DNA of 64,000 bases from Leucoraja ocellata (lineage: Eukaryota), in the NCBI GenBank assembly GCA_036785375.1, contig JAWMAR010001538.1:62001-126000 (forward strand), read 5' to 3'. Positions 1-12,807 of this stretch are shown here, one piece after another (position 1 is the first letter of the stretch; each line of letters begins with the position of its first letter). The position numbers and the translations under genes are program-made. Below the pieces are notes generated by a model, which saw nothing but the letters and a program-made list of their open reading frames with translations, did not search any database and had not been told where the DNA came from.

Positions 1-668
1 AGTCCAGGTAAGTCCAGGATCAGCTGTTCCCCACCGGAGACCGCAGCTTTAAGTTGGTGTAGGCCGCAGGCCGGCGGTCGAGATTTAAAGTTTAAAGTTC
101 CCGCCGCGCCGCAGCCAGAAGCACCGCAGACCGCAGGGCCGGCGGTCGAAGCTCCCCTCCAGGGGTGATGGTAAGTCGCCACCGCGCCCACGGTAGAAGT
201 TGGCCGCGGGCCGGCAGTGATGGCTTCTTCTTCCCCCGGGTCCCCCATGAGGGATCCCGGGTTGTAGACGCCGCGCCAGCTGGAACTGTGCAGGCCACGC
301 GCGGCTTCAGGCTGCCGGCTGCCCCGGGCCAGCGAAACGGAGAGCGCTCCCCTCCAGCGAGCCCCAGCGATGGTTCACCCGTTCCACGCCGAGAGTCCAC
401 GCTGCGCCCGCCGCTGAAGCCCCGGGCGCGTCTCCGGGAAAGGCCGCGCCGATCATTGCTGTTAGGCCACGGGGGAGGCGACCTGGAAAAAGTTGCCTCT
501 CCATGGAGGAGGCGGCCGAAACGGGTTCCCCCTCACCCCCCCACACCACCCCCCACACAAAACACACAAAGAAACATTTAAAACATACTTTAAAACATAC
601 TAAAAAAAAAAAAGTTGACAAAACTAACGCGCTGCTGACACGGCTGCTGCCATTGCAGCGCCCCCACC
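1..668 (-). mobile_element. GC-rich non-autonomous retroelement, 5' part (same family as 49123-49850)
   Basis: Minus strand begins GGGGGCGCTGCAATGGC...TTTTAAAAGTATGTTTTAAATGT...GTGGGG...GGCCTAA, colinear with the 5' end of the element at 49123. Confidence 0.55.
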
Positions 669-1974
669 GAAAGGGCAACATCCCATTAGTCTTTCTAATT
701 GCACGCTAGACCTGTTTGCTAAACTTTTGCGGTTGATGAACTTGGATCCCCTGATCTCTATGTCTCCAGAAATCGATGGGCTGCACCACTATGGTGCCAT
801 TGCCATACAGGGAACAGTTTACAATGTGTTTCTCTTTCAGAATTTTGTGAGAAAAAGAACAATTTTATTTTACGCTTCAATATGCTGTTAAAAATAGAAC
901 AATACAAAAGGCTCTATGGATACATTGTGTAAGTAATATTGGATGAATGTTCTTGTTCAAACACAGCATCCGAAGCAGCCCTTCAGATGAGTTAAATAAC
1001 ACAGTCAAAGTGAAAAGATGAGCGAACCTGCCTGGGTCCAATATCACTATTTCTGTATTACATGGAATGGGATCAGATGAGAAGAGCCTTGTGCCTAGCA
1101 CCCGGCCACTTATCATCAATCAATGGCTTGCCACACACTCCACGTGTTACTCCCAAATCTCTTTGCTGACTCTGCCCCATTGCTGCCCGAGTCCTTATCC
1201 CTCCTCTGATGAACTCCTATACGTATTAGTCTCAGTGCTGGTAAGGCATGGACTACAGTCTAGGTAAATGGAGAGTGATGCTCTTTCTTTAAACAACCCT
1301 ATCAAATGTGCTCATTATGGTGCAACATTGCTCATTTTTATATCAAAGAAAACCTTTCTCCAAACAATGCCATGAAACACTTACAGGGCAGAAACAACAC
1401 CTGTTAGCTAATGGGCTCACTCAAAATTGCCCCATCAGATCTCACCACACATGCACACCAGGGCATACTCGTAGAGTAAAACTCTCTCTGAACTATTCCA
1501 TAAGGTACAGCAGGAGTTAAATATAACATAACCTCTGCTCTATCTGATAGAACAGTTGGATTGCTAAAATGGAAAATGATCTATTCCCTGCATTGAGTGA
1601 AAAAAGATAAATATTAATAATAAAAGATTTGTCGTTTAATTCTGCACCTTATCAATCAATGGCAATGTTATTGTGACTGTAATTTAATTTGTGGCTGTAG
1701 GGAAGGTGAGAAATGACCAACTGACACAGCAATGTATCCCCGTGTGATCAATGGGGAAGCATTTGTATTGTGTCACAAACAACTCTACATTTATACTTTA
1801 AAAAAAAGGGAAGGAGCCAAGTTATTTCCAATAAGTTTGACAGAACAGTAACACCATGAAATGTTTACTGATGGCAAAGAGGGTGAATTGAAGTGAATGC
1901 TCAGTGGATTGGGAATGGGTCTGTTCTATTCCCAATAGAAAACCATGAGGAACTCAGCAAGCCATTTTCTCCAA

Positions 1975-2200
1975 CAGATAGGCACAAAATGCTGGAGGAA
2001 CTCAGCGAGTTAGGCAGCATCTCTGGAGAAAAGGAATAGGTGACGTTTTGGGTCGAGACCCTTCTTCAGACTCTCCTGGATCTTGACTCGAAACATCATC
2101 TATTCCTTTTCTCCAGAGAGGCTGCTTGACCTGTTAAGTTACTCCAGCATGTTTTGTCTATCTTTGTTGTAACCCAGCTTCTGCAGTTCCTTCCTACACA
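1975..2200. mobile_element. Penelope-derived short element, inverted dimer with degenerate hammerhead core
   Basis: AAAATGCTGGAG..AACTCAGC..GGCAGCATCTCTGG..GGGTCGAGACCCTTCTTCAG followed by the reverse-complement arm. Confidence 0.75.
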
Positions 2201-3852
2201 GTTCCTCCAGCATCTTGTTTTCACTCAAAATTCCAGCATCACCAGTCTCTTGTTTCTCTCAATCACTAGTCAGTCCCACTTGCTATTCCTAAACCATACC
2301 TGCTCCATGAGATCAGTGAGGGCCTGTGCACTTACTTCACAACCCAAGCCAAGAGGTCATCACTGCATCAGAGTCGTTGCTAGACCAACAATACCACCAA
2401 TTACTGCATAAAACACTGGAGATGCAAATGACTGCATGGAAAGTACTTTGGTTGTTGGTTCAGTGATTGGTATTGATATTGGTTACAGTGAACATCTTTG
2501 TATTGCGTGCTATCCAGTCAAATCGTACCATACATGAGTGCAATCACACCATTCTTGAGTACAACTGGTAGTGCATAAGGAGCAAGGAAATGGAGTGCAG
2601 AATGTACTGTTACAGCTACAGAGGATGAGCCGAAAATAACGAATCAGACTAACTCATCTCTATCAATTGGTCTACAACAAACGCATGTGTGTGACAGTGA
2701 ATTAGAACACTTTGGAAAAAGAAGGACTAGGAAACTGTTAGAACGGTTACTGTATTCAAAGTAAGAGAATTAAGATGCTATCGTCACAGCCAACACTAAT
2801 GCAAGACGACAACCAACCCTTTGAACAATGCCTGCAGGAACTATTTGTGCAAATTTGTTCTGAAACATGCTAACAAGTATGAATCACACACATCAGTAGA
2901 TTAAACCCATGACACATCTTCATTTGCAATGTTATTGAAGACCGGCCCAAGGCGTCTTCAGTTAGACTGAGAAGCCCTCTGGCATTGTACAGTTGGCAAA
3001 CTTCCAGAGAACAAGGGATGATGGTGTAGGATTTCTGTGGCAGGTTTGCAGGTGACACCAACTGGAGCCAGCGTGGGATCTTTCAGGCATAACGAGATCG
3101 CAAAACTGCCTGGATATTGAATAAAAAAACATTTATGTTTCAGATTTACAGCATCTGTAGCTTTCTTTTGCTTTTCAATTATCGCATTGATATTAATTGC
3201 TGTTGACTGCAGCTTCACTAGCCAAGTGTGACAGTGTAAAGAAATGCTGTATCTCTGGAGGAAAACAAAAGGGTCAAAGTCAATTCAACTCTAATCGGAT
3301 AAATAAAAGGGCTTGAGGAGAAATTAGCCTTGTCAGGCGTGAAAGATTTATGCCATGAAATTCAGAGAAGGATGAAAAACAGCAGAGAGTTTGAAGCCAT
3401 TGGTAGATAACAGAGATTGGGTTGATTCCAAGCTTCTAATTCCACAGAGTTGGCTTTGCAAGTTCCTCGAAGCTTCCTTGAGTTCTGAGGAACTTACAAA
3501 TGCAACATGAGTTTGAAGTTAAAGATAGGGCTGATGTGCTCAGCAGGTACGTTGCACTGCTCCTTATGTCTGGAGATGATGCATTAGATACTGCAACATG
3601 AGACGTGTGTGCAGCTGTAATTATAGTAATGCCAAGACTAAGCAGGAGCCCAATGGCTGAGGCCATGGTGATAGGAAGTGCTTTATATACTGTATGCCAG
3701 AGGTGAGCGCTCTGATTTTAACCTGGGGCCAAAGGTAAGCAAAGGGCCTGGAGAGGCCGTGCCAGGCTCAACCTATTTCAAAAGCTATGTCCTACTCAGG
3801 GTCTCATCTTCCCTACGGGCATTTCCTCAGGACAGGTTGACTTATACCACAG

Positions 3853-3945
3853 GTAGACAAAAGTGCTGGAGAAACTCAGCGGGTGCAGCAACATCTATGG
3901 AGCGAAGGAAATAGGCAACGTTTCGGGCCGAAACCCTTCTTCAGA
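3853..3945 (-). mobile_element. Penelope-derived short element with intact hammerhead core
   Basis: Minus strand CTGAAGA-AGGGTTTCGGCCC-GAAACGTT; TTGACTTATA repeated at 3837-3846 and 3946-3955. Confidence 0.75.
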
Positions 3946-4199
3946 TTGACTTATAATTTATAACCTATTAACTTATACCACTCCTTCTGTATGTTCTGCA
4001 GTAGATGATGAGACCAGTGTGGGTCCCACAGGCTCTGCCACAGGTGGACAAGAGGAAGGGGGGGGGGGCAGTTTGTGAGGTGTTCACTCGGTCCACACTG
4101 GCCTTCTGTGTGCTCCTGACACTGAATACTCTTTCTGTCCTACAAGTGGTCATGGATCAGAAGTTCCCAGGAGTCAGTGGGGAGGTTGCACTTTATAAA

Positions 4200-5703
4200 G
4201 GTTCGGAGAACATCCTTAATTCTATTTTGGTAGATTGCTCCTTGATCGTGTGCAGTTGTGGTCACCCCATTGCAGGATGGAAGTGAAGGCTTTGGAGAGG
4301 GTGCAGAAGAGAATTATTAGGATGTTGCCTGGATTCAAAGCTATTAGTTGCAAGGAGAGATTGGACAAACTTGGATTGTTTTCTCTGGAGCATTGGAGGT
4401 TGAGGAGAAACCTGATAAATGTATATAAAATAATGAGAGACATAGATACAATAGACAATCAGAGCCTTTTTGTCCAGTTGAAAGGACAAGACATTAGGAC
4501 GGAGGTACTTGGAGCAGTCAATGGAAGTGTCTTGAGAGCAATCAGTGTTATCATCAAAGAAGTACTGAAGGTACTGTTGTGAATGAAGGTAGACAAACCT
4601 CCAGGGCCTGATCAGATATATCTGAGGACATTGCGGGAAACTAGAGAGGAAATTGCAGGAGCCCTGGTTGAAATTTACGAGTCGTCCTTAAATACAGGAG
4701 AGGTGCCAGAAGACTGGATGGTGGCAAATGTTGTGCCTCTTTTCAAGAAGGGCTGCAGCGAAAATGCTGGGAACTATAGGCCGGTGACTTAACATCTGTA
4801 GTTGGAAAGTTACTAGAGAGTATTGTGAGGGATAGGTTATACAGGCATTTGGATGGGCAAGGGCAGATTAGGGATAGTCAGCATGGTTTTGTATGTGGGA
4901 GGTTGTGTCTCACAAATCTGATTGATTTTTTTGAAGACGTGACCAAAAAGGTCGATGAGGACATTAGGGTGGGTGGGGGAATGGTTGATGGAATTTAATA
5001 CAGAGAAGTGTGAGGTGTTGCATTTTGGGACATCGAACAAGGGCAGGACCTGCACAGGTAGGCCTCTGGGTAGTGTTGTAGAACAGAGGGATCTAGGAGT
5101 ACAGGTGCATGGTTCCTTGATGGTCAAGTTTCAGGTAGATAAGGTGGTCAAAAAGGCTTTTGGCACTTTGGCCTTCATCAGTCAGAGTATTGAGTATAGA
5201 AGTTGGGAGGCCATGTTGCAGTTGTATAAGACGTTGGTGAGACCGCATTTAGAATATTGTGTTCAGTCTGGGCACCATGTTATAGGAATGATATTGTTAA
5301 GCTTGAAAGGGTTCAGAAAAGATTTACGAGGATGTTGCCTGGACCAGAGGGTGTGAGCTATAGGTTGAGTAGGCTGGGTCTCTATTCCATGGAGCGCAGG
5401 AGGATGAGGCGTGATGAGGTGTGCAAAATCATGAGAGGAATAGATCGGGTAGATGCACAGAGTCTTTTGCCCAGAATAGGGGAATTGAGGACCAGAGGAC
5501 ATAGGTTCAGAAGGGGAAAGGGAAAAGATTTAATAGGAATCCGAGGGGTAACAATTTCACACGAAGGGTGGTGGGTGTATAGAACAAGCTGCCGCAGGAG
5601 GTAGTTGAGGCTTGGACTATCCCATCTTTTAAGAAACTGTTAGATAGGTACATGGATAGGACAGGTTTGGAGGGATATGGACCAAGCGCAGGCAAGTGGG
5701 ACT
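4200..5703 (+). mobile_element. CR1-clade LINE fragments (ORF2 RT region, internally deleted)
   Basis: ORFs include KPPGPDQIY..EVPEDWMVANVVPLFKKG..NYRPV, EWLMEFNTEKCEVLHFG and LYKTLVRPHLEYCVQ. Confidence 0.9.
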
Positions 5704-6320
5704 GTTGAGTATAGAAGTTGGGATGTAATGTTAAAATTGTACAAGGCATTGGTGAGGCCAATTCTGGAGTATGGTGTACAATTTTGGTTGCCTAATTATA
5801 GGAAGGATGTCAACAAAATAGAGAGAGTACAGAGGAGATTTACTAGAATGTTGCCTGGGTTTCAGCAACTAAGTTACAGAGAAAGGTTGAACAAGTTAGG
5901 GCTTTATTCTTTGGAGCGCAGAAGGTTAAGGGGGGACTTGATAGAGGTTTTTAAAATGATGAGAGGGATAGACAGAGTTGACGTGGAAAAGTTTTTCCCA
6001 CTGAGAGTAGGGAAGATTCAAACAAGGGGACATGACATGAGAATTAAGGGACTGAAGTTTAGGGGTAACATGAGGGGGAACTTCTTTACTCAGAGAGTGG
6101 TAGCTGTGTGGAATGAGCTTCCAGTGAAGGTGGTGGAGGCAGGTTCGTTTTTATCATTTAAAAATAAATTGGATAGTTATATGGATGGGAAGGAAATGGA
6201 GGGTTATGGTCTGAGCGCAGGTATATGGGACTAGGGTAGATTATGTGTTCGGCACGGACTAGAAGGGTCGAGATGGCCTGTTTCCGTGCTGTAATTGTTA
6301 TATGGTTATATGTTATATGT
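5704..6320 (+). mobile_element. Young 5'-truncated CR1 LINE inserted in the 3' UTR of the preceding CR1
   Basis: Uninterrupted ORF2 C-terminus (LYKALVRPILEYGVQFW...FFTQRVVAVWNELP) with a (TTATATG)n tail; the host 3' UTR resumes at about 6321. Confidence 0.9.
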
Positions 6321-6389
6321 TGTAGCTGCGACATTGTTGGCCGGTGTGGGCAAGTTGGGCCAAAGGGTCTGTTTCCACACTGTATGACT

Positions 6390-6900
6390 AATGAACTCAA
6401 AGAACTGGAGAGACACCACCAACACTATCTCTACAAAATTCTCCACATCTACTGGCAGGATAGGTTTCTCTGGCAGACCGACAGACCCAGCAATGATCAC
6501 TATTAACTAGCTCTGATGGATAGGTGATGTCCCAGCAACAGATTCCCAAAACACTTTATTGATCACCTCATCAATGCAAAGGGTTACCAGGTGGACAGAG
6601 GAAATCTTTCATGAGGCTCTTTTTGAAAGATTAAAATATCCTTATTGATTCCTGGCTCAGGTCTGCTCAAAACAGAAATGGTTCATTGAGGAATGCACTG
6701 AGATCCTCAAGGATGCTGAGGTCCAGTGTAAAGGGCAGAAGGAATGTATCACCCTCTATGCCGCTCACCTACATCTATTGCCACCGTTATGTCAACTATG
6801 GCAGTGCCCTTGGATCCCACTTTGGGCATCCCAGAACCTACTGACCTAGAGTGGAAACATTCACGGCCACGAGCGTTGTACTAAGAAGACCAATGAAACA
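6390..6900 (+). mobile_element. Degenerate RTE-clade LINE 3' fragment
   Basis: LKELERHHQHYLYKILHIYWQDR resembles the RTE motif LERFHQRCLRKIL.I.WQD. Confidence 0.6.
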
Positions 6901-7661
6901 CATTTAACCAGGGGATAGGTTAATTTAGCTCTGAGTTATGTTTACCTGCCTGCTTTTTTTCTATTCTCTGATTAAGTATTTCTCCAGCCCTTTTATGTGA
7001 TGCTACATTTACTCTCTGTGACTCCACCCCTTCCCTGTGACACAGTGTCATATGGCATGGGAACACGCCCTTTCCAAATCTGTAGCAAACATCAAGCATG
7101 CATTTACCAATCCTGTTACTTACTCCCCACATTGCCATAATCTTCTCCCAGATTCAAACACACCTACACAGCGACAATTTGTAGTGGCCATTTAGCCTAC
7201 CACCTCATACATCTCTTGGACGTGGGAGAAAACTGGAGCATGTGAAGCCTGTGAGATGTTTGCTTCTTCTTTCGTGTCCATCTTCCATGTTTCAAATGTT
7301 GACATCGCTGTCATCGTCCGTCCTGAAAAGGATGCAAGCTCCCGGCAACAATCAGTGGGAGCCATCCCTTGTTGCAATAGATGATGGTGGTAGCAGAATT
7401 AGCTCAGGATACTTCCAGTTTCCAGCCCCGCTACATGGACGCTTCTGCTATGGGGCCAGACGTTTACTACAAAAATTAGTTGATGGGACTAAAATATTGT
7501 AACTATGTATATGATTATCACATGTGCAGTGAGCCAGCATTTCGAATGGTCATCGGCCATCTGGTGATAGCCCTCAGACTGTTCCATCATGGTACTGATT
7601 CACAAACCAATGGAACTGATCACTGGAATCATCACTATGGGATTCTTCATTCTATAATTAA

Positions 7662-8084
7662 AGGGCCTGTCCCACGAGCATGCGACTCCATGCGGCAAGC
7701 GCGACCTAAGCGACTCCATGCGGCAAGCGCGACCTAACGTGGTCGCTTGAGCCGTACGGCCTCGCGGGAACGGTCCCACTTCAATCGCCGGTGCCGTATG
7801 GAGTTGTGCAGAGCTGGTCCCGACATCGCGCAGGGCTCTGAAAAACAGACCGTGTTTAAAAATTCCGCGCGGCAACGACCTGCCGGCCCGCAGCCGCCTC
7901 GACGGCGTACGTAACGTGCGAACGTCCCGCGGACTTCACTCGAACTTCATTTCACTCACTCGGCCTCCGTGCGGCCCCCACTTCTGGTTTGGTCGCCTTT
8001 GCCGTATGCAGGCGCATGCTGGTGGGACCGGCCCTTTAGGCCGCGCTTGCCGCATGCAGGTCGCATGCTCGTGGGACAGGCCCT
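7662..8084. mobile_element. PIF/Harbinger-type MITE
   Basis: Perfect 25-bp TIRs AGGGCCTGTCCCACGAGCATGCGAC; TAA on both sides (7659-7661, 8085-8087); GC-rich interior with no recognisable ORF. Confidence 0.85.
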
Positions 8085-8944
8085 TAAGCCCTCGGTTTGC
8101 ACATAACACTCGTTGTGTGCTATGACCAATATGAAATCCTACATTGCATGTCATCATAAGAAATGTTACCTCTGTTTTTCTCTCCACAGATTCTGCCTGA
8201 CCTGCTGAATGTTTAGCGGCATCTTCAATATTTGTTTCAGGTTTCTAGTATCTGCAGATATTTGTTATGTTGTGAATCACACAGTCTCATCTCACCCAGC
8301 TAATTGAGGACTTGCCATTTGTGCTTTCAGTTTGATGGAGAATTCTTCTCATTTGACTGACAGAGTCTTCCATTGGAGCGATATTCATTTCTTAGCATAA
8401 TGCTGGCATGAAGGAAGCTTTTCCAACCTGTTTATTTTGCTTTATCATCAAACAATCTGACCCAGTAAAATAGCTGCTTGGTTTCCTTGTGTTTTACAAA
8501 GTAAATGAAAAGATGGTGTCTGTTATCAAGATAATGAAACTTCAAGAAGAGCTGAGAAGAAATCCCCAAGGGGATGCATTGAACTTTCTCATGTAGATGC
8601 CAGGTTCTTTCAGAGAATAATCTGTGCTCATCAGATCCGAGTCCCGTAGATGCAGCTGATATCATCAGCCTTTAAACGTCAATCAGAAGATTCAACCAGT
8701 GTCGATCATCTTCAAGTTATCTACCATCTCATTTAAAATAAAATACCCTGTTATTTTTCTATAAAGATATCAGCATGCAGTTTGGATATTTTAACACTTT
8801 CACTTTGACAGCTCAGGAGTCCCAGTGAGAGAAAGATATAGAATGCTAGTCCCACTGTCTCTTGACACATCCTGCGGTGGCAGGCAATGTAACTGACAAC
8901 ACACTGTCCTCAATTTCATGGAATCTCCTGTCACCAAACAAAGT

Positions 8945-9190
8945 AAATTCACACAGAGAGTGGTGAATCTCTGGAATTCTCTGCCGCAGAAGGTAGTTGA
9001 GGCCAGTTCATTGGTTATATTTAAGAGGGAGTTAGATGTGGCCCTTGTGGCTAAATGGATCAGGGGGTATGGAGAGGATACTGGGATACTGAGTTGGATG
9101 ATCAGCCATGATCATATTGAATGGCGGTGCAGGCTCGAAGGGCCGAATGGCCTACTCCTGCACCTATTTTCTATGTTTCTATGTTTCTGT
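8945..9190 (+). mobile_element. CR1 LINE 3' end
   Basis: [19 protein letters not shown] followed by the (TTTCTATG)n tail. Confidence 0.9.
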
Positions 9191-9485
9191 GTAAAAGACG
9201 GTGCCTGGTATCTCTATGAAGCTCCAACCCCATTTGGACAATCGTCCGACAGAGGAGAACAAAGCTTTTACCAGCGTTCCGCACTTTAGGTTATTTGTCG
9301 GGTGTTTGCATCAATACTCCTGAAGGTGCTATGAAAAATGGACTGGGAACATTTGTCCCAGTGCTGAGATCCTCAAGAATATGGCAGAAGGAGTGCACCA
9401 ACTCTGGACTGGCATGCTGCCATCCTGACCAGGCACCTGTAGCCTCAACTGTGTGAGAAGTGGAATAGAGTCCTTCAGACATCCT

Positions 9486-9860
9486 GTGTAGGAAAGATCT
9501 GCAGATGCTGGTTTAAATCGAAGGTAGACACAAAATGCTGGAGTAACTCAGCGGGACAGGCAGCATCTCTGGAGAGAAGGAATGGGTGAGGTTTCGAGAC
9601 CGTTCTTTGGATGAGAACATACAGGGCAAGATTAGCAAGTTTGCCGATGATACAAAAGTGAGTGGTTTTGCAGACAGTGAAGATGGTTGTGAAAGATTGC
9701 AGCAGGATCTGGATCGATTGGCCAGGTGGGCGGAGGAATGGTTGATGGAATTTCTGTCTTCAGACTGAAGAAGGGTCTCGACCCTAAACGTCACCCATTC
9801 CTTCTCTGCAGAGATGCTGCCTGGCCCGCTGAGTTACTCCAGCATTTTGTGTCTACCTTC
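9486..9860. mobile_element. Penelope-derived inverted-dimer element with a CR1 RT fragment at its hinge
   Basis: Inverted arms; CCTTCAGACATCCT at 9472-9485 and 9856-9869; internal ISKFADDTK segment. Confidence 0.8.
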
Positions 9861-12559
9861 AGACATCCTTCCTGTAATGGGGCGACCAGAACTGCATGCA
9901 ATGCACCAAATGCCGTCTATCCAAAGTCATCCTGAGCTGCATCATGACTTCCTGACTCTGACACTCAATGCCGTTGCTTGTAAAAGCAAGCACACCATAT
10001 GCTCCATGTGTAGAGTGGCCAAGGCTTAAGAGAGGAGGTTAATTTTAATGAATATTTTAATGGAGGGGCTATGGTGAGATTTGTTGAGTCCCTTAGCAGC
10101 TAGACAACTGAAGCAGCAACAGCCAGAAGTAAGGATCGCTGAGAGATCAGATTTGGAACAATGAAGACGTCTCTGTCAATTGGAGAGCTGGAGAAGGTTT
10201 TGGGTAGTTGGAGAGAGTGGGAAGCTTTGAATGTGAGGGTGGCAATATGAAAACCACCGCATTTGTGAACCAACAGCAAGAGCGGGATGAAAGGTAAACA
10301 TAGCTCGCGGATGTGAGCAGCAGAATTTTCAATGAGCTCCAGTTAATGGAGGCTGGCCTGAAGGGGTTGGGAATTGTGATGTCCGGATGGTGAATTTCCA
10401 CATCACATCGTTCAAGCAGGTCAGAGTCAGTGATATTACTGGCAGAAGTGGTGGTCATCGTGACAGAGAGAACTTGGGGCTGCAAGCTCAGATGCAGATC
10501 ACACACAAGGCTGAGACTGTGACATAAGTTGACGGAAGCCTCCCATAGCCTTTAGTACTGAAGCTCAGTACGTTGTAAGTTGGAACTCCAAAGTGCTGCC
10601 AATGTATTCCTAGATTGCGAAGCAGGAAAACTCAGGCCTGTTGGTCTGATGGTGTTTACTGACACCTCTAATCAAGTTCAAAATGCATAACCAATTTGAG
10701 AAATTAGAAATAAATGATGTCAATAATGAATTTAAATATTTTGGTTAGGTTATTGAAATAGCGGACGTGGGGGGTGGGGGTACTTACAGAAACAGTTTTA
10801 ATGGACTTTGAGAAGACAATTATGAGGGTTGATATAGGGCAACGTCAGCTAAACTTAAAACTCTTCAAGCTGAAGGCAAATGATTGTGGTTAGCAGATTG
10901 ATGAGGCTGTAGAAAAGAAACAGGAGGTAAAGGGAGTATTTGCATTGTCGAGTAGTTGCCAGTAATGTCCCACAGAGATGTCTAATGGACCTTCAACTAT
11001 TTGTTCCATTCATTAACAAAATAGACAGCAGTAGATCAGAGTTTGCAGCAACACCAGGGCAGGTGGGATTATGCATAGCGTAAGTGGTGAAGACTACAAA
11101 AGGAAAGAGCTGAGTATTATCTTAACTAGAGAAACACAACAAACAATGCAAAAAATTGGATTTAAACGATAATCAGAAAGACCAAAATACAGAACATGTT
11201 GGAAATGCTCAGCAGATCAGACAGCACCAGGGGGAAAGGAAACAGAGGTAATGTTTTGTGCTGAAGACCCTTCATCAGACTGATGGACATTAATGTGTAA
11301 GGAACTGCTATTTTCATGCACAGGGTGAATTAATTGGTGAAACTCCCTTTTCCAAGAAACAACAATTTTTTGTTGCTGGCAGGTATTAAAGACACAGGTG
11401 AGTGCGTGTGGTTGGGACACAGATCAACAGAGATTTCACTTAATGGTAGAACAGGTGGAGGGGCTGCAGACTTAACTCATGCTGCAGTTCCTCTGACAGA
11501 AATAGCCAGACACAAAACTGGTCACACTTGTGAGAGGGAGTGTTGCCAATTCAATCATCCTGTGCATGAGAAAGCAATTCCTCGCTCCTTAACATCCAGA
11601 ACCACGACAGACACACTCCATAAACACTCAGTGAGACCCATGACCCATAGGGTTAGTGAAAACCATACATCAAGAATGAACACAAATTGGAAACCAACTA
11701 GAATTATTCCTTTTTCCACCTCTACTCCATTCACTTAGTGATATATTCTTCATATGTACTCACTGTTCCTCTTTCATTACTTATGTCTCCATAATGTCCC
11801 ATTTTCATTATTAAATGTTATTTATCTGTCATTTGCCTGGTATGCCTACTTTGACGAAGTTCTCCTCCTCTCCAGAAGGGTCCTAACCCAAAACGTTGCC
11901 CATCCTTTTTCCTTCAGAGATGCTGCCTCACCCGTTGAGTTTACTCCAGCACTTTGTGTCTATCTTCAGTACGAACATCCACAGTTCATACCTACACGTC
12001 ATTGCCTGCTCCACTGCAAAATCCCCTCAAGGTATGCCTACTTTGAAGACGTTCTCCTCTTTCCAGGCCTGAAGAACGGTTCCGACCCGAAATGTAATCC
12101 ATCCTTTTTCTCCAGAGGTGCTGCCTGACCCGACAGAGTTAATCCAGCACTCTGTGTCTATCGTTAAATTGAATTAATCATTGGGATCCAATCAATTTCA
12201 TCACTCACTCTCACTGTCGAAAATTTCTCCAGTGAATCTGATGATTCCTAAACTTGGTACCATTGATTTTTCCCCACTCTATTTTATATCATTTAGCGGT
12301 ATGTTCTTCACTATGTAATCATTGTGAAGTTATACATCATTACGGTGTTCATCATTTAGCAATGTACCCATCACTGTCCACTCATAATGTAGTCATCCAT
12401 TCTACTCTGTTCACTTACTTTGTGATATACTCTTCATATGTACACACTGTTCCAACTCCTCTTTCATTACTTACAAGTATGTCTCCATAATTCTTATTAT
12501 TAAATGTTATTTATCTGTCATTTGCCTGGTATGACCCATCGTCCTTAATGTTTCTTGAG

Positions 12560-12680
12560 AACTTGCAGAGGAAACGCATGCAGTCACAGGGAGGACGTGC
12601 AAACTCTGCGCAGACAGCACCCAAATTCAGGATCCAACCTGGGCCTCTGGTGCTGTGAGACACCACTGCGCCACTGTGCT
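12560..12680 (-). mobile_element. tRNA-derived V-SINE (HE1-like), 5' fragment
   Basis: Minus strand GCACAGTGGCGCAGTGG...GGTTGGATCCTG...GGGTGCTGTCTG..GGAGTTTGCACG. Confidence 0.7.
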
Positions 12681-12807
12681 GCATATGTGGAGAGCCAATA
12701 ACTTTTGTTGGTGTTGGAAATACTTGGCAGCTCCAGCGTCCTCTGTGGTTTCTCTCTCCACAGATGCTGACCGACCGGTCAAATATGTCCAGCAGTCTCT
12801 GCTTTAA

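Noticed and set aside
92-709. GC-rich ORFs at the window start
   Set aside because: They lie inside a non-coding repeat and have low-complexity translations
2870-3666. Short minus-strand ORFs with an acceptor-like TTTTTATTCAATATCCAG
   Set aside because: No frame gives a recognisable protein
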